Assembly (NCBI GenBank): GCA_964035545.1
Contig: CAXIUT010000146.1
Span: 1 to 31,520, forward strand
Source of the DNA: Bugula neritina
Taxonomy: Eukaryota; Animalia; Bryozoa
Length of the DNA: 31,520 bases
Direction of reading: 5' to 3'
Made by a program: the position numbers and the translations under genes. Numbering within the stretch: the stretch's first letter is position 1; every line of letters begins with the position of its first letter. The notes beneath the pieces are model-generated. The model saw only the letters and a list, made by a program, of their open reading frames with translations. It ran no database searches and was not told where the DNA came from. This document shows positions 25,163 to 31,520 of the stretch, piece by piece.

Positions 25163-26239
25163 ATGAATTTTATCAAAAACTTCAAACCTCTAGAAATAAT
25201 CACATCTATAGTTGATAAAAATATCAACAAAAACAATAAAGAAAAATAATCAATCAAAACTAATAGCAGTTATGACCAAAAAGTCTAAAATAGTAGTAAA
25301 TAAGCATAGTAGTCCATGAAGTATCATTAAGTTAACTATTAATAAGCATAATTATTTATGTTATCTCTTCAAGAAGTAACATCATAAAGAACAAAAAATG
25401 AAAATATGATAAAAAGGAAGATAGATTTATTCTAAAAAGTATAAATAGAACCACATTATCTCTCTTAATCATAGTAATCAAAACTTCTTAACTTCTAATT
25501 TCAACTTGGTAGCGATATCTTCTAAGATAGAATAGAACATCTATACTCCCAAATCAATTAAATAAACTCAGTGGTCAAACTAGTTCTATCTACGAGAAAG
25601 AAAGATGCATTTAAATATCTAAATAGTCTCGATAATTTACAAAAATATATCTTATCTTTTTTAGAAATGATAAAAAAACAAAGATAAACTTTACAAGATT
25701 TGAAATAAAATAGAATATATAAAGTATTAAAGATAATATCTCGAAAGAAGATAATAAAATAGAAGATAAAATTATTAAAAAGAGTAAAATAAAAAAATGA
25801 AGCAGCTCTATATAAATAAAAAATCTAGATCAAATCGTTTGTCACAGAACAAGCTAGAAATAAATTATACAAAAAAATAAATAAATTATCATAACTATAA
25901 AAAAGCAAATATGTCTCAATAATTAAAAATAAATTGGTATTAATAAGCAACAAAAACAAAATCTTTGTTTAATAAAAATTAACAAAATGGATATAAAACA
26001 AATTATCAAACAAATAAATATAAAAACTATCAGTTATGATCTACTTCATCGAAAGATAAGATATCTACAAAGACAACAATATAAAAATAAACTACAATAA
26101 AGTCAATAAAACAAAGTTAAAAGAAGAGATAAATAAGATATTCAAATGGAAATAATTTACATATATCAAAGATCTCATGACTAAAGATAAAATACATTAA
26201 TTTCTTAATTATCTATTAGATAAAATCAATATATCATGA
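25163..26239 (+). CDS. Hypothetical K/E/I-rich protein
   Basis: 1077-nt TGA-free frame; alternative start at ATG ~25316; no recognisable domain. Confidence 0.6.
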
Positions 26240-26260
26240 TATGTATATCACTATGAGAAT

Positions 26261-28894
26261 TCATATCCCTTGGGGAAATAATCCTCGCAAATTATCAAAT
26301 GCAGGAACTCCTTTGCCCAACTTCACCACCTCCTACACATACTCCAACACCTACATAAATATAGTATTACTCTTCAACCTAGTCGATCTCATTGTTCATC
26401 TAGTCAGTCAAATCATCATCCATTTCCTTCTAACTATAGATCTTTTAAATCTCGTTTCTCAGTCCACTCACCATCCCCATCACAGCCATCATTTTAGCAG
26501 GAAGTCCTCCCATCATCCTCTGGTCCATCGATGGCATCACAGAAGATAAAACCTCAACTATAGAACTAGCCTCCTCATGATCCTTAAATTTAATAGCAGT
26601 CTATAAAGAACTATTCAAACTCTCCTAGATCTGACAAAGAATATTATACTTCTGCTCTTGATTAGCACCACATGATACCACATTTTTACAACATTCGATC
26701 ATATTCTGTCTAATTTATCGACTGTTTTTAATATGAATCAACTCCTTTATCACCACGATTGTCATCTACACATATTTCAGATAAGCTGAACCATATTCTA
26801 TGACATAACTGATAGCAAATTACTTGCCTAGATCTTCAATGAAAAAGTGTCAGTATTTAGAACGATGTTCTTAACACCATCGATCTTCAAATCAAGTTTT
26901 AATTTCACAAAATTATGCATAGATTTCTTGTCTTTCTACTTATCCAACTCATCGATTACCTGTATGTCCACAGGACGGATAGCTGACTCCATCGCCCTCT
27001 CAAACACAAAATCACTATAAACTACAAAGTTTTCCTTCATCACTTAGACAACATTCTGATAAACAGACATAATAGCTCTGTTCAAAACATCGTCTCGCTA
27101 TAGTTGACCTTGCAAACTGATAAAACTTGACATTATCATACTGCATTCACTATCAAATAGCTCCTTATTCTCTTTTATTGAACTCAATAGATCTCCCATT
27201 GTCTAGATTGTTTTTACTCTTAACTGATATCTTTTGAGGAGTATCACTCACAACCATTGATACTACTTTCATCAATCCAGGCATAAAAGTGCTATAGTAA
27301 GGAGCAAAATCGTTAATAGTAGCAATACTTGACATACTCTGAAGAACTGCATCAAGCATAGTGTAGTTTGAAGTTGTCAAAGCTCTTTCAAATATCACAC
27401 CCAAATTAGAAAGGATACCAGGTAGATAAGGATCGATAGTTTTGACTTATTTGTGTTAAATCAGTCCTTGTTAGAAGTTGACAATGCACAAAATAGCTTT
27501 ATACTGCACTTTGATCATAGGGTGTTTCATGGCTTTTGGATATAAAATCCAAGATCATGGTTCCAAAGTTGATCTGAATATCAGGAGCAAATTAACTTGC
27601 CATATATCCCATTACTATCAACACATCATAAATAATTCTAGGATTATCGTTCTGTAACAAAGGAAGCATCAAACCCACCATATTCTTCAACTCGGCTTTA
27701 TAAGACTAGTGACATTTTTAGATCAGTAAAGCCATCGATGCTAGACCTGCATGCTGATAAGGCAATTCCTGAGAGGAAAGACATTGTTGAATGAAAGGAA
27801 TAAACAAAGGAAGCATAAATTTATTGCCCAACTCATTAGCTATTTGAGCCAAGTGTTCTTCAGTAATGATTGATATGTCATTTTTGGATATCTGCTCGTC
27901 AATTACTCCTCTCCCCATTCCTCAACAGAAGTTCCTTCAATTTCTGATAACATTTTCATATAGGCCTGCACCATTTTGTTTTGAAATGACTGCTTTTTCT
28001 AACTAAAGTATGATGCTTCATGCAAAGAATCAAAATACCTGACATAGCTGTACTTCTTAGTTTAACCAGTAACTGTGGAGTTTCCATAATTTAGCTGTAT
28101 ATTTTAAGAAGGTCTTCAAATACTGGTTTGGTATATTTAGGATGAGCCTAAACCAACTCATTCAAACTTTCAAGTGCAGTAATTCCAGATTATTGATCAA
28201 ATTTTATCAACTGAATGGCCTTCGATAAGATCTCCTTCAATAAAGAATTGAACTGCTTCATGCTTCCTTCATCTTCAATAGTCGACAAGAAAATAGTTAA
28301 AGTTTTGAAAGTAGCCACCTGAACCTAATTACTCTGATCATTAAACCTTTATTGAACAAAGCAATCAAATGCGATGAATATCCAATCAGCAAATTATCAT
28401 TAAAAGCTGATTAGCAAGTAATTTCAATGAAAATACATAAGTGATAACCTCATGTTGACTGCCTCCACATTCGACATGTTGGTGATAATTTGAATAAGTT
28501 CTTTATCAGCTTTCTAAATAAAATGAACACTACCATAAAGCTATAGATCCTCACAAGGATTTCACAACATCTCTCAAAAACATGACTGAACGTTAGTTAT
28601 TCATCATTGCCTGCACTGATGTAACAATCATTTATAACTTCTCCTGAGGCAGTCTAGAAATATTTTCCTTGGCATCCAGGTACTTTTTCTTGAGGAGAAG
28701 ACCAGCCCATAGTAGAGATCTAGGTTATAAGATATGAACGTTGTTGTTTTGGTGATTCATGGCGATGACGAGGAGTCGACAGATTAAACAAAAGATGTAG
28801 TAGTAACATCTTGAAGGTATTTCTAGGCCTAGGTACGACGTTGGTTGTCAGAGGAGAGAAGAATCTCAATAACAGAGTCTAGTTGGAAACTCAT
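26261..28894 (-). CDS. IPO5: Importin-5 (karyopherin beta-3/Pse1)-like protein, apparently shortened at the C-terminus
   Basis: LLSSDNQRRTEAEKYL..LGNKFMLP..QHAGLASMALLIEKCH..LLQNDNPRI..GYMASEFAPDIQ..KVQYKAILCIVNF..FAPYYSTFMPGL; introns 28720-28739 and 26351-26370; multiple indels. Confidence 0.85.
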
Positions 28895-29211
28895 TTATTT
28901 AATTTGTATATTAGGCGCCTGATTTGATTTTATTTATAGAACTCATAAGCACTTATATATTTATGCCTCTTTAATACTTTCCTATGCTATTTCATTTTAT
29001 ATATTTTGTAAACTCTTTAGCATCAAGTCTAATAAGATAATTCTTCAATAAAGATAAATAAACCAAGAAATACTTCTTTTAATAAAGACCTCAAAATATT
29101 ATCTTTTTTTGATAATGTTTATTCAAATTAAAAATAATTTTAATAAATCTTATATATTTGAAACTGATAAGACCATATTACTTTTTGATTTAATAAAATT
29201 AATAAAAATAA

Positions 29212-30435
29212 ATGTAAACTTTCAATTACAAAGCCCTCTCTCTGATCAAATACACCCCTGAATAAATTCTATTCCAACACCGTCAATCCCATAAAATCTA
29301 TCGCTACCTCGACTCCCCATCAAAAACAACCTAACAACAAAACCCCACCCATCCAATCCTTCTCACAGGCACTCCTTTCGACCGAGGATATCTCTACCCA
29401 AAAGAGCAATCAACTTTACTCAACTAAATAATCTAAAGAAGTCGAGCCCATTCTAGACAATAATTTTAGTAATAGGAAATAATCAACACATTTATTCCTC
29501 TTTTTCAATGTGTATAATATTTAGATAAAGAATAAACTAAGCATGGATCTGTACATTTAGCTAGTATCATTATAGTTGATGGATAAATTATGCTAAGAGA
29601 TGGATTAACTCCAACGAAATTAACCATTTCGTATTATAATTAACATCAGTAAATTGATGATTTTCATGCTCTAGGAATATGTATGGTCAATTGTGCGTTA
29701 CTTAAACAGTAAAAAATATAAAATAAATAAGTTTAAACTATTTTGGAACTATTTCAATAAAAGTTTGGCAAATGTTTTGTTATTGCTTGTATTATCATAT
29801 TTAAAAAATTAAAAAATTATTATGGAAAGATAGTATCATTATTACAAGATTAATAAAAGATAATAGATGATAAATTACTATAACTTTATGAGAAGATAGT
29901 ATCATAGAAATAAAAAAGAAAGAAAATATCATTTCACAATTAACATCAAGGTCAAATAATAAATCCTAAAAAATTTAACTTCAATACCAATAAGAAAAGC
30001 TTTCATCACTAAAATATATAAAATAAATTATAAAACTAATCAAAAAAGATATAAAAATATAAAATATTCGATAAAGGCACTTTAGCTCAATAGCTAATGA
30101 ATAAAAAATTAAATTAAGAAGATAAAAAAATAAGCTAGTAATCTATAAAAGATCAAACAAAGCTACCATCCTCAACCTTTCCAACATTGGCATCTAAAAT
30201 AGTAAAAAACAAAAGAAAGAACCTCTCCAGGCATAAAACCAAGAAATCATTCAAAAGTAAAATGATCTTTTTTATACTCATCACTCATCTTATCTTTTCT
30301 GATCAGTCATCATATTTATTGAAATTTAATCTTATCTTATATACGAATCTTCATGGCACAATAAATCACCTCTCTAGCCATCGATAAAGACCTCATCAGC
30401 TTAAGTAAAAGCCAACTACCTCCACTAACAGATGA
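29212..30435 (+). CDS. Degenerate protein kinase-like protein (pseudokinase)
   Basis: FEEEEIINTFIPLFQCVEYLDKEETKHGSVHLASIIIVDGEIMLRDG..DDFHALGICMVNCA follows kinase subdomain VI-IX spacing. As written the frame ends at 30435, overlapping the next gene; the true stop may be the TGA at ~30263-30265 if one A is an insertion error. Confidence 0.6.
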
Positions 30436-31293
30436 TTAAATCAGAATTCAAGTGCTCTATTCAGCCATCAGCAACAATGATCTTCTCTATCTCGAAGGAA
30501 AACATAAAAACGACTACTTGGAACATAAGTTGTCGGTAAAGGTTGTAGCCACTGGTAAAAATGCAGGACATGTTAAAATTGATCAAGTTGTTGGAGTTCA
30601 CTATAGCAATACTAACTCAGGATAGTTTTCAACAGGATTCGCATCTTACATCCAAGTCAGCCAACACAGAGCTGTTTACATCCCCAGTTCTATCAAACCA
30701 GAATAAGCTGCCTGTCTTCTTGGATCAGGTACCACTGCTTTTAATGCGATACAGAAGGTATAAGCTGGCAGCACTCTTGGAGTTATCGGAACAGGTCATC
30801 TAGCTTATCTGATCTGCCAATATGCCAAAGCCATTGATGTAAAAACAACTCTTTTTGGCTACAATGGGAATGAGAATTAGCAAAAGAATATGGAGCACAA
30901 AATTATATTGAACTATCAAAGGAATCAATAACAAAAAAACACATAAAAGTTTAATAACATTGTAGTTACTGAGGTCATCAAAGAAGATGAAGCACATAAC
31001 ATACTATTACTTCCCTGGAGAAATGGAAAAGTTATTATGGCTATTGAATTAGGTTATAATCCTACTCTTTCAGCACTTGTTCTCAACTGCAGTATTTATC
31101 AATATATTCAGATCAGATTTAATTTGTTGGAGTCAAGAGAGGAGCCTACGGTCAGGCTATTAAAGCTGTCAAAAGTGCTGCTTTTAGTGGAGTAAAAGGA
31201 AAAATTTAAGTATTTGAAGCTGATAAATTCCAAGCAGCTTTCGATAGAGCCAAAGCGTGCAATTGTAGTGTTTCAGTGGTTCTTAAATATTGA
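30353..31293 (+). CDS. MDR-family (cinnamyl alcohol dehydrogenase-like) oxidoreductase lacking Zn-binding cysteines
   Basis: PLTDDEIRIQVLYSAISNND..VVATGKNAGHVKIDQVVGV..GFASYIQV..IPSSIKPEEAACLLGSGTTAFNAI..LGVIGTGHLA..GKIEVF; a 20-nt intron at 31092-31111 gives 307 codons. Confidence 0.8.
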
Positions 31294-31420
31294 AATGATG
31301 TTCAACAGTAAAATTATAAATATGATATTTATTATTTAAATAATAAAACTAAATATATATATCAACAATGATAATACTTGATTGTAAGTCTATAAATATA
31401 AACTTATATATTGAATAAAA

Positions 31421-31520
31421 TGGGGTTGGGGTTGGGGTTGGGGTTGGGGTTGGGGTTGGGGTTGGGGTTGGGGTTGGGGTTGGGGTTGGGGTTGGGGTTG
31501 GGGTTGGGGTTGGGGTTGGG
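31421..31520. repeat. Telomere (TTGGGG)n, right chromosome end
   Basis: Perfect G4T2 array running to the end of the window, 127 nt after the last stop codon. Confidence 0.98.

Noticed and set aside
21960-28800. Frameshifts in RCC1, BUD23 and IPO5 as programmed frameshifting, RNA editing or pseudogenes
   Set aside because: They are single-base gains and losses mostly in short base runs, go in both directions, lack a shared Euplotes-type AAA-stop motif and hit essential genes; sequencing error is simpler. Read polishing would settle it.
30260-30350. Second C/D snoRNA (ATGATGA on the minus strand), or a real overlap between the pseudokinase and the dehydrogenase
   Set aside because: There is no suitably placed D box or guide, and the overlap disappears with a single-base correction near 30260.
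887-30997. Short hydrophobic F/L/I-rich ORFs in the supplied track (e.g. 4252-4623, 8204-8446, 18741-19034, 22694-22966)
   Set aside because: They are antisense shadows of A-rich genes, produced by using the standard code.
275-31293. Standard ciliate code (TAR=Gln) or context-dependent TGA readthrough
   Set aside because: TAR aligns with conserved Glu, and in the well-resolved genes in-frame TGA appears only at ends or inside introns.
1-31520. CRISPR arrays, tRNA or rRNA genes, transposases
   Set aside because: I saw no repeat-spacer array, cloverleaf, rRNA-length conserved segment or transposase motif; the only rRNA-like match is the 10-nt snoRNA guide.

Overview
This is ciliate macronuclear DNA, not prokaryotic. 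It has (CCCCAA)n at the left end, (TTGGGG)n at the right end and a third, internal (TTGGGG)n tract at 5566-5642. Conserved residues show that TAA and TAG both encode Glu and only TGA is a stop (NCBI table 30, peritrich-type), so the supplied standard-code ORF track is mostly fragments or antisense noise. Bases 1-5642 form a complete telomere-to-telomere 5.6-kb chromosome with four genes: DRC8/EFCAB2, NDK, a RecQ4-like protein with dead helicase motifs, and an EF-hand protein. It is joined to a 25.9-kb segment that begins inside an ITFG1/LINKIN gene and ends in a telomere. That segment holds about 16 tightly packed genes (TAF4-like, TPR, VWA, RCC1, BUD23, a shortened importin-5, a pseudokinase, a Zn-less MDR dehydrogenase and hypotheticals) plus a candidate C/D-box snoRNA. 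Introns are tiny (11 of 14 called are 20 nt) and have a fixed-position A. Scattered single-base indels, mostly at 21.9-28.9 kb, look like long-read errors. All protein identities come from hand translation and remembered family motifs; no searches were run.
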